A stretch of DNA of 64,000 nt from an uncultured Armatimonadia bacterium (GCA_963749155.1 CAVVLO010000003.1:615773-679772), one strand, 5' to 3'; positions 10,318 through 22,823 are shown, counted from the stretch's first letter. Notes: a model not told the origin generated them from the sequence alone. Numbers and translations: made by a program.

Positions 10318-11914
10318 TCAATCGCGCAAAATCACGAGCGCCCAGTCTTCGCCATCCGGGCAGGTGAAGGTCGGCTCGCTGCCTTCGACTTCGGCAGGCT
10401 CGGAAGTCTCGCCGGTGCGGGGATTCACCCAGTGAGAGCGCCAACTACCGAGTGGCAGCTCGACCTGGGCGCTTCCGCCCTTTGGGAAGTAGACCAGCAC
10501 GGCGCGCGCCGGGTCGGCCAGGCAGGCCACGACCGGGGTCGCTGTGCAGCCAGGCATCGCGCGGTCTCATCGTGTTGAAGGGCAGCGCCGAGACCGTCTC
10601 GAACAGCGTCGGGAAGAAGCGGAACCCGTATTCGTCCCACTCTCGGCCCTTGATATACGGGTCGCCAGGATCAACCGGCTCACCGTTCAACAGGCCCATC
10701 CAGCGGTCAGGCCCGGCGCCGTAGGTCCAGTAGACCCCGGCGCAGTAGTTGAGCCAGGCCGCTCGCCGGATGTTATCGCCGGTAGTGCCATTCATCACGT
10801 AGGTCTTGGCCTCGGGATTCTGTTCATAACTTATCTCGTCGTGGATGGCGGGCATCTCGAGCGGCGCCGATTCCTCGGCGACGAGCTGCCGGAGGGTGGC
10901 ATACTCCTTCTCCGGATCGTTGGGCACCTTGTCATGCCACATAGCGGCATCGAAGGCGTCCGCAGTGCGCCTCCGTAATCCCTGGTCAATAATCGAACAG
11001 GTCACCAGCCGGTCATACGGGTCTTCTTCCCTTACCAGTGCGACCATCCGGCGCACATAGTCATCGCTGCCGGTCTCGCGCACCATCGAGGGGTGCGAAA
11101 GCTCGTTCTCAAGCTCCCACCACACGTTGGAGAAACTCGCAAGGCGCGCGATAGAGTACCTCAGATAGGCATCGAACTGCTCCGCAGTGCCCCGCTGCTT
11201 CCTGTTCTTCACGATGACGGGCGGGTTGCTGATGCGCAGGATGAGCGTCGCGCAGATACCAGCCTCACCCATCTCCCTCAGAAGGCCTTCGATGCGGTCA
11301 TAGTAGGCCAGGTCATATCGGTCGAAGTCCACCGTGCCATCCTCGGCGACCTGGAAGGGATACTGGACGTTCTCCTGCCAGTCCCAGAGCAGCACGCGGA
11401 ACTTGTTGATACGCCATCTGGCAGCGTCCTGGATGAAAGCCGAGGTCTGGCTGGCAGTAGGACGCCCGCAGAAGAGATTGTAGATGGTATCGCCCAGGTG
11501 CAGGTAAGGCGTGCCGTCCGCGTAAGCAAGGCGTGTCGGATGCTGCGGGTCGACGATGATACCCCCATGTGATACAGCCGCAGTGCAATTAAAGCTCTCG
11601 CGCTGATTGCCCAGCCCGGCATCGGCAGGCTCGGAGGTCGTCTCGAGCGTCCATCTGCCTTCTTCATCAGGGCTGAAGCGCACCTTCCATTTGCCTTCCC
11701 CTGCAAAAAAGCCTCGCGCCTCGACCATGCGACCACTGGGCGAGGCAAAGGTTGCAGTCAGCCTTACCTCCTGAAAGGGATTGGCATATGACTGACTTGC
11801 CTTAAAAGTGAATTCCAGGGGCTGCCATTTGGGGATGGAAGCTGCCTCCAACTGACTTGAGAAGGCGCTCAATGCGCCCAGGAGAGACAGAGTAAGCAAG
11901 GTCATCTTGATCAT
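10318..11914 (-). CDS. Secreted DUF5060/DUF4038 (apiosidase-like) glycoside hydrolase with C-terminal collagen-binding-like domain; apparent frameshift near 10525
   Basis: YANPF..WKVRFSP..GRW, YADGTPYLHLGDT, WWELENE, DEISYE; C-terminal WVNPRTGE..DWALVI; RBS GAGGAGG. Confidence 0.82.
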
Positions 11915-11939
11915 TCTGGACACCTCCTCAGGGCTTTGC

Positions 11940-12001
11940 TTTCGCAACTTTGGGCAGACTCCTGCCGGCAAGAGGCAGGAAAGACGCCTCGTTGGGCCAA
12001 T
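11940..12001. promoter_or_regulatory. Back-to-back sigma-H-like promoters
   Basis: Minus GCAGGA-N16-GAAA (11940-11965); plus GCAGGA-N17-CAAT (11975-12001). Confidence 0.55.
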
Positions 12002-12093
12002 AGCCCTGACAATCTAGTTTGTATGGCTGATTGGCTTTTTGACACTCCTGATGGAAATTGGCTTCAGCTAACAAAGCGATAAAGGAAAGCAAA

Positions 12094-14574
12094 ATGAGAA
12101 AAAACTCGGCAAGGCAGCAAATCCAGGTTCGTATCAGGCGCCTGACTTCCTATTGGGCGCTGCTGGCATGCTTGCTGGGCCTGAGCTTCTTCTCCCAGCT
12201 TGAAACGCAAGCCAGAGCAACTGATGAGGTGAGTAGTATGTGCGCCAAAGAACCGAACTCCGAGATCGCCGCGACCTGGTGGCCTCCCCTGCGCAATGTG
12301 TGGACCCCAATCGGCTGGAAGAGCCACCCCTTCCGCTTCTGCGCGATCTACAACGGGACCCTCGTGGCAAATCCCCATCCCTTGCCGATGATCCTCGACA
12401 AGCCCATCAAGCAATATCTGGCCAAATACCAGGGTCTGGGCGCGCAACTTACCTTTACGCCTTCACCTGATGGCGCCTTGCCCGAAAGGCCTGACCGCCC
12501 CTACAGGCTCAGCGCCACGCCCGATGGGGGGATCGGCTTGCAGCGCTGGACAGAGGACGCAGCGCCCGTGCTGGAGACCAGATGGCCTTGCAACTTCTTC
12601 TACGGCAACTATGGCATCGTGCTTACCCAGCAAAACTTCGGACACCTGGCGGGCGGGGGTGATGTCGTCACCGGACAGGAACCACTTTATGCCTGGACGC
12701 GCATCGCGGTCAGTCATGTGGATGAGCTGAGCGCGCCGGAGTTCTTCCATATGATGGTCCATATTGGCTCTGCCGAGCAGATTGGTCGCAGTATGTTCCA
12801 CGAAGACAACCTGACGGTCTATCCGAACAAGGCAAGCTATCCGCGGGTGTTAACCAAGGGAGCACCTTTCCAGGACGGCGCCCAATCGGGTTGCCAGATT
12901 CTCGAGGAAGACGGTACGGTAAGGCTGGTGGCCCAGACCGAGACAGGCGCAATCGAGCTCATCGAGCGCACTGCTGGCAGTCGAGATTACTACCTCAACA
13001 TCACACTGCCTGCGGTTGTAGGTTTCCACGCAGACCTCTTGCTGCCAATGATTCCTGGGGAGAGTCAGGCGGTGGAGGCCGAAAGAGCCCTGGGCTTCGA
13101 AGGGGCCCTTGCCGAAAGCAACGCCTATTGGGCAATCAAGCCGAAGACGGCGGCCAGCATTGACACCCCTGAGCCTAAAGTAAACGAGGCTATCGAGCAG
13201 CAGGTCCGGTTCGGGCAGGTGATTAGCGAGACGAACCCCGAGACAGGGGCGCGCTCGTTGCTTACGGGCTCCTGGAACTATGACACGCTCTGGCCGACGC
13301 CCGCCATGATGAACGCCCATATGCTGATGGACGTAATGGGCTACCACTCCTTCGTTGCGGACAACCTGGAACTCTTCAAGCGCTGCCAGGGCGCAACCAA
13401 AGCCCCGGGCGCCAGTTACGAGCTTCATCCGGGCTATTACGGCGCGCCGCGCGACCTCAGTTCAGTCGACTGGCTGACCGACCATGGGGCGATCCTCCAC
13501 GCGGTCTCTGAGCACGCCCTGCTGTCGGGAGACAGAGCCTTCACTCGTCACTGGCTCGATTCGATCATCAAGGCCTGTGACTTCCTCAAGGACAACCGAG
13601 CGGCCACCAACCACACCGGAGTGCAGGGCGTTTTACCGCCGGCGGTGGCCACCGATGCCGAAGTGCCAGGCCAGGCGGTCTGGAATATCGCCTGGAATTA
13701 CAAGGGGCTGACCTCGGCCGTGCGCCTGCTGCGCCAGCTCGGGCATCCCCGGGCCGAGGAGTTTGCCGAGGAGGCCCGCGAGTATAAGTCGGTGTTTGTA
13801 GAGGCTTACCGCAAGCATGTCGAGACGATGCCAGAGTGGACGGACAGGAGTGGGCAGCGCCACCGGGTCATCCCGACGATGCTGTCAGGAACCGAGCTCA
13901 TAAACCATCCCTTCTTCCTTGACTCTGGTCCCCAGGCGCTGGTCTATGCGCGACTGCTGGAAGCGAGCGACCCGCTGATTCAGACCTCGCTGGCCTACTA
14001 CCGAGAGGGGCCCAACACCTGGCTTTATGACCCGCGCGGCAATATGCATCAGCGAGCGGTGCTTACGCATGAGATTTCGAGCTGCGAGCCCTGCTACAGC
14101 TTCAATATCTTCGCTTCATGGGAAGCGGGCGACCGCGCTCACTTCCTGGAGGGGATCTACGGGCTGCTTGCCGCCTCGCTTTCCGACCAGACCTACATCG
14201 GCTGCGAGCATCGTCATGGCATCTCCGGACTGGTCGCGCCTGGCGCGTTGATGGTCTACCTGATGCGGCTGGCCGTGATTGATGACGCGCTGGAGGAAGG
14301 CAAGTTGCACCTGCTGCGCCTGGCGCCGCTGGCCTGGGTGCGCGCGGATTACGAGACCAAATTCGAGAACATGCCAACCGAATATGGCCCTGTCAGCGTG
14401 CACTTCCAACTGATCCAGGACGGGAAAGCGCTGAGGGTGGACTGGCAGGCGGATTTCCGCGTAGAACCGGAGGCGATCATACTGCATGCGCCACCGGTCG
14501 AAGGACTTGAGAAGCTAGTTGTGAAGGGCAAAACCTACAAGGTCAAGCCTGGTGAAGCCCTGCGACTCAAGTGA
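12094..14574 (+). CDS. Secreted six-hairpin (alpha/alpha)6 glycosidase-like protein
   Basis: Hydrophobic N-terminal segment; DHGAILHAVSEHALLSGD..WL..IIKACDFL..GVLPP; C-terminal PTEYGPVS sandwich; start uncertain. Confidence 0.65.
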   Translation: MRKNSARQQIQVRIRRLTSYWALLACLLGLSFFSQLETQARATDEVSSMCAKEPNSEIAATWWPPLRNVWTPIGWKSHPFRFCAIYNGTLVANPHPLPMILDKPIKQYLAKYQGLGAQLTFTPSPDGALPERPDRPYRLSATPDGGIGLQRWTEDAAPVLETRWPCNFFYGNYGIVLTQQNFGHLAGGGDVVTGQEPLYAWTRIAVSHVDELSAPEFFHMMVHIGSAEQIGRSMFHEDNLTVYPNKASYPRVLTKGAPFQDGAQSGCQILEEDGTVRLVAQTETGAIELIERTAGSRDYYLNITLPAVVGFHADLLLPMIPGESQAVEAERALGFEGALAESNAYWAIKPKTAASIDTPEPKVNEAIEQQVRFGQVISETNPETGARSLLTGSWNYDTLWPTPAMMNAHMLMDVMGYHSFVADNLELFKRCQGATKAPGASYELHPGYYGAPRDLSSVDWLTDHGAILHAVSEHALLSGDRAFTRHWLDSIIKACDFLKDNRAATNHTGVQGVLPPAVATDAEVPGQAVWNIAWNYKGLTSAVRLLRQLGHPRAEEFAEEAREYKSVFVEAYRKHVETMPEWTDRSGQRHRVIPTMLSGTELINHPFFLDSGPQALVYARLLEASDPLIQTSLAYYREGPNTWLYDPRGNMHQRAVLTHEISSCEPCYSFNIFASWEAGDRAHFLEGIYGLLAASLSDQTYIGCEHRHGISGLVAPGALMVYLMRLAVIDDALEEGKLHLLRLAPLAWVRADYETKFENMPTEYGPVSVHFQLIQDGKALRVDWQADFRVEPEAIILHAPPVEGLEKLVVKGKTYKVKPGEALRLK

Positions 14575-14607
14575 GGGCGCTGGCTGAGGCGCGAAGGGGG
14601 TTCCTCG

Positions 14608-17335
14608 ATGGTGAAGGCTGCCTGGCTCATGTATTGCGCAATACTGGGCCTTGCTTTGCTGGTCCAGTTCGCCTGGGCAATGACGCCAAGGCCCTTTATC
14701 TATGGGTGTGGCCTCGTGTGGGGCAACTGGCTCGGGCTGCCGCCGGAGGAGGCCAAAGCTTTTGATAGAGTCCAGATGGACGCCATCAAGGCCGCCGGCG
14801 GCACCAACGTGGGCGCGAACTTCGCGTGGATTGACATCGAGCCACGCCCGGGCGAGTTCCACTGGGATTATGTAGATCACCAAGTCGCCGAAGCGGGCAA
14901 GCGCGGGCTGGAGGTCTTCGCCTACACAGGGCTGACGCCTGACTGGGCCTTGCCGCCCGAGGCGCCCCAGGTGCCAGGTATCGGGTATCGCTTTCCACCA
15001 GATGAAAAGTATATCGCCCAGTTTGAGGCCTTCTTCACCCAGCTTGCTAAGCGTTACAGAGGCAAGGTCAAGTATTACGAGTTCTGGAACGAGCCCAATG
15101 GCTGCAGCTGGATCAAGGAGGGCTGCTCCAACGGCGATATGGCAGCGACCTATGCGCCGTGGCTTATCCGCTGGTACCGCGCGATGAAAGCCGGCGACCC
15201 TGACTCTGTGCTGGCCGTAGGCGGGCTGGACTACCACGCGGGCGTGAAGGAAGGCTGGCGCTGGCTGGAGGACCTGTACGCAGCAGGCGCAGGCAACTCT
15301 TTCGATGCGGTGGCCCTCCATCCCTATGGTGAACCACTTCACTGGCAGGCAATTGAGGACACTTACGCGGTGCTTGTGCGCCACGGGCAGGGACACAAGA
15401 AGCTCTGGCTGAACGAGTATGGCTGGAACACCCGCGATGAGGCACTAAAGGCCGCTAACCTCACCGAGGTGCTGACCGAACTTGCAAAGCCAAAATACCA
15501 CTACGTCTTCCAGGCCAACTATCTGGTGCTGACCGACCTGCCGGACGCAAACGATGCGACCGGCCACGACTATGGCCTTTGCTCGCGCGACCGCAAGGCG
15601 CTGACGGTGACGCCGAGGGCAAGCTACGAGGCCTTCTGCGCGCTGCCCAAACACTGGAGCCGCGAGGATCTTGTGCGCTGGGAAGCCGCGCAGCAACCCC
15701 TTCCCCCACCTGAGAAGGCCGAAGTGCCGGACGGCTTTATGCTGACGCTGACGGCGCCCGGCTGCGAGCCTGGCAGCAACTGCGACGATGTCGGCCCGCC
15801 GTGGAAACTGCGCGATGAGGCTTTCGCCCTCACCGGCGCCAATGTCGGCCACTGCGGGCTTTCCTGGGCGGATACTGAGCTGGTTGATCCAGGCGAGGGG
15901 CCTTCGACCTATGACTTCTCGAAGGCGAAGCTGTCCGACCGCGCTAAGGGGAAGCAACACCTGAGTTGCGAGCTCCACTTTTTCGGCAACCCCTGGGCGG
16001 AGCAGTTCCGCTTCAGTGACCGGGAGCGCTACAACAGGCTGCTTGAGCGCTGGGCCGAGGCCGCCTGCCGCTTTGCGCGCGAGGAGTGGGGCGTTACGCT
16101 CTTCTCGACGGGCGGCAATGAGCGCGATCTGGTGGCGCAAGAGACCTACAGCCCCCACTTCCCCGACTGGCACTTCTTCTATATCGAGCCAATCCAGGCT
16201 ATCCACGCGGGGATGAAGGCGGCCGGGGCCGACAACCGGCTCATCATCGGCAACCTTTGTTACTCCGACCGGGAACATATCGGCGCCCTCTATGCAGCGG
16301 GAGCAAAGGGCAACTTCGAGGTGCTGGCCATCCACGCCTACGGGCCACGCGGTTGCTATGTCGATATGGAACAGGTGCTGGAGAGCCATCAGGAACTGGC
16401 TGCCCACGGCGATGGAGATATCTCTATCATATTGGTCGAGGGCTGGAGCTGCTTCCCGCTGCCGGACAGCATCGACAGAGACCCCATCTGGCGCAAGGGT
16501 GGGCGCGCCTATACCCCGCAGGAAGTGGAACACTATCGGCAGACTGTGCTGGATGGCTGGCGCAATCTCACCACCCCGCGCCCGGGCGAATACGACCCCG
16601 CCTGGGTGACGGGCGCGAGCTATTTCGTGCTGAACGACCACTGGGGCGGCCGCGGCTGGGAGCAGCGCGCCACGCCCAAATACGATGAGGCAGGCAAGCT
16701 GACAGGCTTCCTGCTGGATGGCTATTTCATCGGCACCAGCGACCCCGACTACATCAAACCGTTGCTGCGCCCCTGGGGACTGATTGATGTCGAAGGGAAG
16801 CCAAAGGGCGACACCCTCAAGGCCTTCCCGCCCGCGCTGCCAAAAGTAGAGCTGACCGCCATACTGGAGGACAGCCTCAAGCTGGTCGGTTACAATCCGC
16901 GTTTCGCCGACTGGATGGCTCCCTCGGTAAAGCCTGGCAAAGCTTATCGTGTCGCTGTTACACTGACCAATCACGAGGCAGAAGCGCTCTCTCAGGTGGC
17001 CTTCCGCCTGGGGGACAAGCAGGGGACGGACTTCCCCGGTGGGTATAGCTTCGTCTACCAGGACGGCATCCTGACCGTGCTCGAGCAGCCAGGCGCCGAC
17101 CCACTGGTCAGCGCGAAGCTGCTCACTACGCGAGTTCCGCGCACGGTGCAGCCGGGGCAGACCCTCAGGCTGGAATACGAAGATCACCTTCTCGCCCAGG
17201 CTCGCGCAGCCGACCGACCGCGGCTGGCTACAACGGGTGCGGCCCTACGCGGAAGTCTGGTTCGTCCTGGGTGGCCGCCCCTGGCATACCGACGCCTGGC
17301 TACCGCGCGTGACCGCAGTGCCTCCGGCGAAGTGA
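14608..17335 (+). CDS. Secreted protein with two tandem GH-A (GH39/GH5-like) barrels; apparent frameshift near 17180
   Basis: Domain 1 WNEPN, ALHPY, WLNEYGW; domain 2 GNERD, AIHAY, LVEGW; a more plausible C-terminus (ITFSPR..PPAK) in a shifted frame. Confidence 0.78.
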
Positions 17336-17342
17336 GGTAGAA

Positions 17343-18093
17343 ATGGACCAGGACAAGCTTGAACAGCTCGCAGAATTGTTCAGAGAGTGCCCCGAGGCGC
17401 CCGTCCTTACTGGAGCGGGCATCTCGACCGAGAGCGGCATCCCGGATTTTCGTAGTCCAGGCGGGTTGTATTCCCAGATTGACCCGATGGAATACCTCTC
17501 GACCGACGCGTTATACGGCCATCCAAAACGCTTCTGGAAATACTTCGGCGAGGTATTCGCGCCCGTCCTCGAATGTACTCCGAACGCAGGCCATATCGCC
17601 CTGGCAAGGCTCGAGGAAGCCGGCCTGGTTGGCCTTATCGCAACGCAGAACATCGACGGCCTGCATCAGAAAGCCGGCTCGCGCTATGTGCTTGAGCTGC
17701 ACGGTCATCTGCGCACCTGCCGGTGCGAGCACTGTTCGACTTCCCATACGCTGAAGGGAGTGCCTGGCCCAACTGGAGAGACGTCCTGAGCCGCTGTGCA
17801 AAGCCTGCGCAAAGCCCGTCAGGCCCGATGTGGTGCTGTTCGGCGATATGCTGCCCAATGACTTTGGCAAGGCCCTCTACCTGGCCAAGCAGCATCCCTT
17901 CCTGCTGGTGGTCGGTAGTAGCCTGACGGTTTCTCCCGCAAACACACTGGCCTTCGAAGCGCGCCGGCTGGTAATCATCAACCGCGACGAGACACTCGCC
18001 GACGACCGCGCCGAACTGGTGTTCCATGGCTCTGCTGGCGCCCTTCTGACCGCCCTGGCCGATCTGCTGTTAGGAGAGGAGAAACCCGAATGA
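17343..18093 (+). CDS. cobB: NAD-dependent protein deacylase (sirtuin); apparent frameshift near 17757
   Basis: GAGISTESGIPDFRS, TQNIDGLHQKAGS, ELHG, two CxxC, RPDVVLFGD, GSSLTVSPA. Confidence 0.93.
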
Positions 18094-20900
18094 GGCCACT
18101 AGTCTTCACTATACTTTTTCTACTTGCTCTGGAGGTGGCCGTAATGGCTGCAGAGGCCGAGTGGCTAGTTCCCAGAAATCCCGCACCAGGGCTTGTGACC
18201 TTCGAGCGCAGCTTCGACTTGCCAGCTTCGGACCAGGTGCTGCTTCGACTGGCGGCGCTGGACAATTATCGTGCCTTCCTGAATGGCGCACCGCTGGCCG
18301 CCGATGACACGCCGCAGTATTCCGAGACCTTCGATGTGACAAAGCTGGTGAAGGAAGACGGAAACCATCTGCGCATCGAGGCCTTTCGTGATGTAAAACC
18401 CGACAGGAACAGTTGGCTCAACCTCTATGTGGGGCTGGAAACGCCCTTCAGCGGTACGAAGCTCACCTTCACCACGCGTGGCGCCTTATATAACGAATGG
18501 CTGTATCTCGAGGTCGAAGACGACACGGGCAATACGTCCGGTTATTTCGCACAGGAATCCGGTCACGGCGATTTCATCCTTGGAAACTCGGGCGAGGCCA
18601 TTAAGCACGAGGTGGACCTGACCGATGGCAGTGTCATCGAGTTGACCCGCAAAGGGCAGGTGGATTTTGCGCGCATCAAACGCATCACCTTCAGGGTAGA
18701 CCAGAAAGACGCCTGGGCTTATCCCTCCGGCGCTTTTGAGGTAGGCGATATCTGGCTCGAAGGGCCTGATGGCAAGCTGGAAGTTGCGCCCATCAACCGC
18801 TGGCAACTGGTGGAGGGGCATGGGGAAATCGGCGGCAAAACGCTAGGCTATACAGAGGGAGGCTTTGTAAGGGCGACGTGGAGCTTTGGCTCACCTGCGG
18901 CTCTCGCGGCGCGGCTGGTTGCGTTTTCGGAGGGGAAGCCAGTTGCCGAAATCGTGACCGACTCCGACTGGCTCGTAAACGGTCTGGCGCCCGCGACTCG
19001 TCCTGAACCAAAAAACGTAATCAACTGGATTGATATGCGCGCGCCAAAGCAGGACAGTCGCCTCGCGCGCCCCGCCCAGGCGCTTGCGCGTGTGTTGCTC
19101 GATTTCGAAGGCGACCGCCTGGAGGTAGGCAAGCCAGTCACCGGGCAGGTACGCGTTTGGAGCTTTGGAGAGGCCCAGACTGCCCTTTTGCGCGCCCTAA
19201 ACTGGCAGGATGAGGTCGTGGCAGAGCAGCAGGTGCCTCTTGCCCCGGAGGGCGAGTTTGCCTCCGGCCCCTTCCGGCTGGAAGGGCTACCAATTGGCCT
19301 CTACAGGCTGGAGGCAGAGGTTGAGGGAAGCGACCAGCCGCAGCGTTTTACCGCGCTGGGCGTGCTTCCGGAGGGCGAAACCAGGCTTTCTGCCCTCTTC
19401 AACACCCTTTCGCCGTTGCCTGACAGACCAGGTCGCCAGGGCTTGAACAGCACCTATGAAGACCATGCGGCCCTCTTGCTTGCCATCAAGCAACTTGGGG
19501 TGGATTGCGTGGTGATGCATATCCATCCGGAGTTCTTCGCCAGCCCTGAGTTCCCTGACCTGCTGGCTTTCTGCGAGGCGACGGGGCTGCATTTCGCCCT
19601 AAACAATGAGTTCGCCAACTGGGCGCCTGCGCCGCAAACCTGGAAGGAGGGCGAACCAAATCCTCTTTCGGCGGAGGGAGGCTGCCATCGGTGGGACTTG
19701 CCTGCTGAGGCGCTGGAGCAGTGCGCAGCGACGGGCCTCTTCGATGGAGTCGTTTACGATGAAGGCGAGCATATGCAGCTCTGCCGCAACTACTATTCGC
19801 GTCTTGCTGACCCCGTCCACCGCAAGCCCTATCTGGTTGAGACGACCGGGATGACCCTTCAAGAGGCCTACGAGGCCTTCTGGATGGCCGCCGAGGGCGT
19901 GCGTGAATACAATGAGGCGCACGGGGCGCGGATGCTGGTCGAGAGCGTCTTCCCCGTCCTCTGGCACCCCCTTGCGCGCGCGGGCGTAACCCTCTGCCCG
20001 AAGCTACTGAAGGAGGATATCCATCCTGTTGTGCTTGCCCAGGCGCTTGGCGCCGCCCTGGAGTATGACGCGGAGCTCTGGTTCAGCCCGGACTTCTGGT
20101 TCTGGGATCGGCAGCCCGGCCATACGCCAGAAGAGTATGAGAGAGCCCTCCAGATGGCCTGGAAGGCTGGCGTTGATGACGTCTACACCGAGCATCAGAT
20201 GGTACTTGCGCGGCTTTCCAATCCCTTTGGCGATATAACCCCCTGGGGAGAAGTGCTTCAGGAGCATATCAAAGCTCTCCCGGAGCCCTCTACGCGCGGC
20301 TATACCTACAAAGATTTTGAACCTGAAGTGGCAATCGTGCGCTTTCCAGACAGCGATTGGGGCCAGGCAGCCTCGTCCTACTGGAATACCCTCTATGGCG
20401 CGGAGAACCTCCAATCCACGCCAAATACACGCGAGTGGCTCAAGGTATGGAATCTGCTCTCGGGCGGAGCCATAAACGCCCAGTGCGTGAATTACAACTC
20501 GCCTCTTTATAAGGAATGGTATTCCCATTTCCCAAGCCCTTCGGTGGCCATCTACGACCATCTGGTTGGATATGCGCCTCTGAAGAGCGCCAAATGGCTT
20601 TTCGTGTGCGGAGAAGGCCCTCTTTCGGCTGAAACGCTACGCGCCCTTGACCAGAAGGTAACCGAAGGGGCCATCTGTTTCATCCCCCACAGGCTTATAC
20701 CAGAGGTCTTCTTGCAGCATGCCCCCGAGGTACCTGGTCGCGCGCAGGATGGCAAGGGCTGGTGGGTGCTGCTGGATGGCTATGAAGACGAACAATTGGC
20801 GCCCTATCGCGATTTATTGCCTCCGGTGCCGGATGGGATGCAACTGCATTTCAAAGGAGGGGTGGAGGTTGAATTCACTGAAGGTATGGCTCCTCGTTAG
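18090..20900 (+). CDS. Large secreted CAZyme-like protein (rhamnosidase-N-like sandwich plus barrel)
   Basis: Signal peptide; FERSFDL..LAALDNY..FLNG, IVTDSDW; VYDEGEH. Confidence 0.6.
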   Translation: MRPLVFTILFLLALEVAVMAAEAEWLVPRNPAPGLVTFERSFDLPASDQVLLRLAALDNYRAFLNGAPLAADDTPQYSETFDVTKLVKEDGNHLRIEAFRDVKPDRNSWLNLYVGLETPFSGTKLTFTTRGALYNEWLYLEVEDDTGNTSGYFAQESGHGDFILGNSGEAIKHEVDLTDGSVIELTRKGQVDFARIKRITFRVDQKDAWAYPSGAFEVGDIWLEGPDGKLEVAPINRWQLVEGHGEIGGKTLGYTEGGFVRATWSFGSPAALAARLVAFSEGKPVAEIVTDSDWLVNGLAPATRPEPKNVINWIDMRAPKQDSRLARPAQALARVLLDFEGDRLEVGKPVTGQVRVWSFGEAQTALLRALNWQDEVVAEQQVPLAPEGEFASGPFRLEGLPIGLYRLEAEVEGSDQPQRFTALGVLPEGETRLSALFNTLSPLPDRPGRQGLNSTYEDHAALLLAIKQLGVDCVVMHIHPEFFASPEFPDLLAFCEATGLHFALNNEFANWAPAPQTWKEGEPNPLSAEGGCHRWDLPAEALEQCAATGLFDGVVYDEGEHMQLCRNYYSRLADPVHRKPYLVETTGMTLQEAYEAFWMAAEGVREYNEAHGARMLVESVFPVLWHPLARAGVTLCPKLLKEDIHPVVLAQALGAALEYDAELWFSPDFWFWDRQPGHTPEEYERALQMAWKAGVDDVYTEHQMVLARLSNPFGDITPWGEVLQEHIKALPEPSTRGYTYKDFEPEVAIVRFPDSDWGQAASSYWNTLYGAENLQSTPNTREWLKVWNLLSGGAINAQCVNYNSPLYKEWYSHFPSPSVAIYDHLVGYAPLKSAKWLFVCGEGPLSAETLRALDQKVTEGAICFIPHRLIPEVFLQHAPEVPGRAQDGKGWWVLLDGYEDEQLAPYRDLLPPVPDGMQLHFKGGVEVEFTEGMAPR

Positions 20901-22823
20901 CCTGCTGCTTATGCTGATGGCCTCTCTGGCAAGTGCGCAAACGCCGGAATGGCCACCTTATCGAGCCACTATGTGGGTGGCAGAGGTACCGGAAGACGCC
21001 CCGCTCTTCTTTGAGAGGGTAAGAGAGGCAGGCTGTAATGCTTGCAGCCTCTTCGTGGGGATGGATCCGCAGCCTTTTGTGGACGCCGAGATGCCCTTTT
21101 ACGTCGAGAACCTCATCCGGGGCCTGTATATCGACAGCAACTCCCCCGCCTGGAAGGAGCCCTGGGACGCCTACTGGGAGCAGCGCGACCCCGCAGTGCT
21201 TATTCGCAAGCCCTGCTTCACCGATCCTGACTGGTATGCCGAGGAATTGCGAAATCGAGTCGAAGACTTTGTGCCTCGTTATGCGCCCTATGCGCCCTTC
21301 GCCTGGGACTTGCGCGATGAGCCTTCCTCCACCACCTTCGTCAACCCTCTCGACCTATGCTTCTCGCCTACCTGTATGGTGGCCTTCCGCAACTGGCTGA
21401 AGGCTCGGTATGGCGATTTGACAACGCTTAACAGCATCTGGGAGACCAGCTTCTCAGCCTGGGAGGAGGTTTTGCCTTTCACTGCCGATGAAGCCCAGGC
21501 AAGAGATAAGGCCGGTCACCTGAACTTCGCGCCCTGGGCTGACCATCTGGAGTTCCGTGACACCCTCTTTGCAGACACCATCCGGCGTTTTGCGGAAGAG
21601 GTACGCAAAAGAGCTCCGGGAGGCGCTGGTAGGGCTTGAAGGGCTTCAGATGCCTGCGGCCTATGGGGGTTATGATTACACGAAGCTGCTGGCGCCTCTC
21701 GACTGGGCAGAACCTTATGATATCGGCAACGCCAGGGCAATCGTGCGCAGCTTTGCGCCTGAGGCGGTGGTGCTTTCTACCCTCTTCGAGACGGACCCCA
21801 AAGCCGTGGGCGCTACCCTCTGGCCCCTCTTGCTGGAGGGGAACAAGGGCTGCATCGTCTGGTGGAGCAAATCGGCCATCGACACCTCGAAGGAGGGCTA
21901 TCCTCTGACCGAGTCAGGGCAAGCTTACAAGGCCTTCTTCGAGGTCGCCACAGGGCCGCTGGGCGACAGGCTGATTGCCGCCAGGCGCGCCACTGACCCT
22001 ATCGCAGTGCGGTATAGCCAGGCGGATATCCGGGCCTGGTGGCTGATGGATTCTCGTGCCGATGGCGCTACCTGGATGCGTCGTTTCGGCAGTTATGAGA
22101 GGGAGCACAGCACCAGTGCCGATGGCCGCAATATGGCAGTCCGGTTGTTGGAGGATGCAGGATTCTCAGGCTTCCGCTTCGTTGCTGACAGCGCCATCAC
22201 TGAAGGCGAACTGGTTGCAGAGGGCTATCGAGTGCTGATGCTTGTAGCGCCTCAGGCAATGGGAGCCAAAGAGGCTGCTGCGCTCGAGGAGTTTCTTTCC
22301 GAAGGGGGCAGCATCTTTTGCATCGGCGACTTGCCCTCTTTCGACGAAAGGCTAAGAGGCCTTCCGGAGTCGCCTCTTGAAGAGGTTGCAAGCCATCCGC
22401 ATTTCATCAGACTGGACGTGGCCGAGTGGTGGGCTTACCCCCTGCTGCGCCTCACACCGCCCGAAGGCCAGGCGATGCTTCAACGTTTTACCGAGTTGCT
22501 TGCCCAGGCAGGATGTGAACCAGCCGTCTCACTCTCTCTTCCGGAAGGCGATTTACCTCCCGGCGTCGAAGTGCTGGCGGCTCGAAGAAGAGGGCGCCAC
22601 AATCGTTGCCCTTATGCGCAACCGGGAGGCCCAGGTGACCGAGGCGATGAAGCAACTTGGCGGCAACACGGCACTGGAGCTGCCCCTGACCGTGCGCGTC
22701 TCCCTCCCTGAGGGTAGTAGGGTGCGCGAACTGATTACGCAGAAGAGCCTTCCCAGTCAGTGCGAAGTGGAGGTCTCGGCCTTCGAGCCTGTGCTGCTGG
22801 AGGTCACGCCGCCTTTGCCTTAG
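20869..22823 (+). CDS. Secreted GH42-like beta-galactosidase with trimerisation domain; apparent frameshifts near 21620 and 22578
   Basis: WDLRDEPS, FRNWLKARYGDL..LNSIW.TSFSAWEEV, FLSEGG; TTG start with AGGAGG. Confidence 0.75.

Noticed and set aside
17343..18093. Sir2 anti-phage defence system
   Set aside because: Canonical zinc-binding CobB-type sirtuin with no defence partner genes
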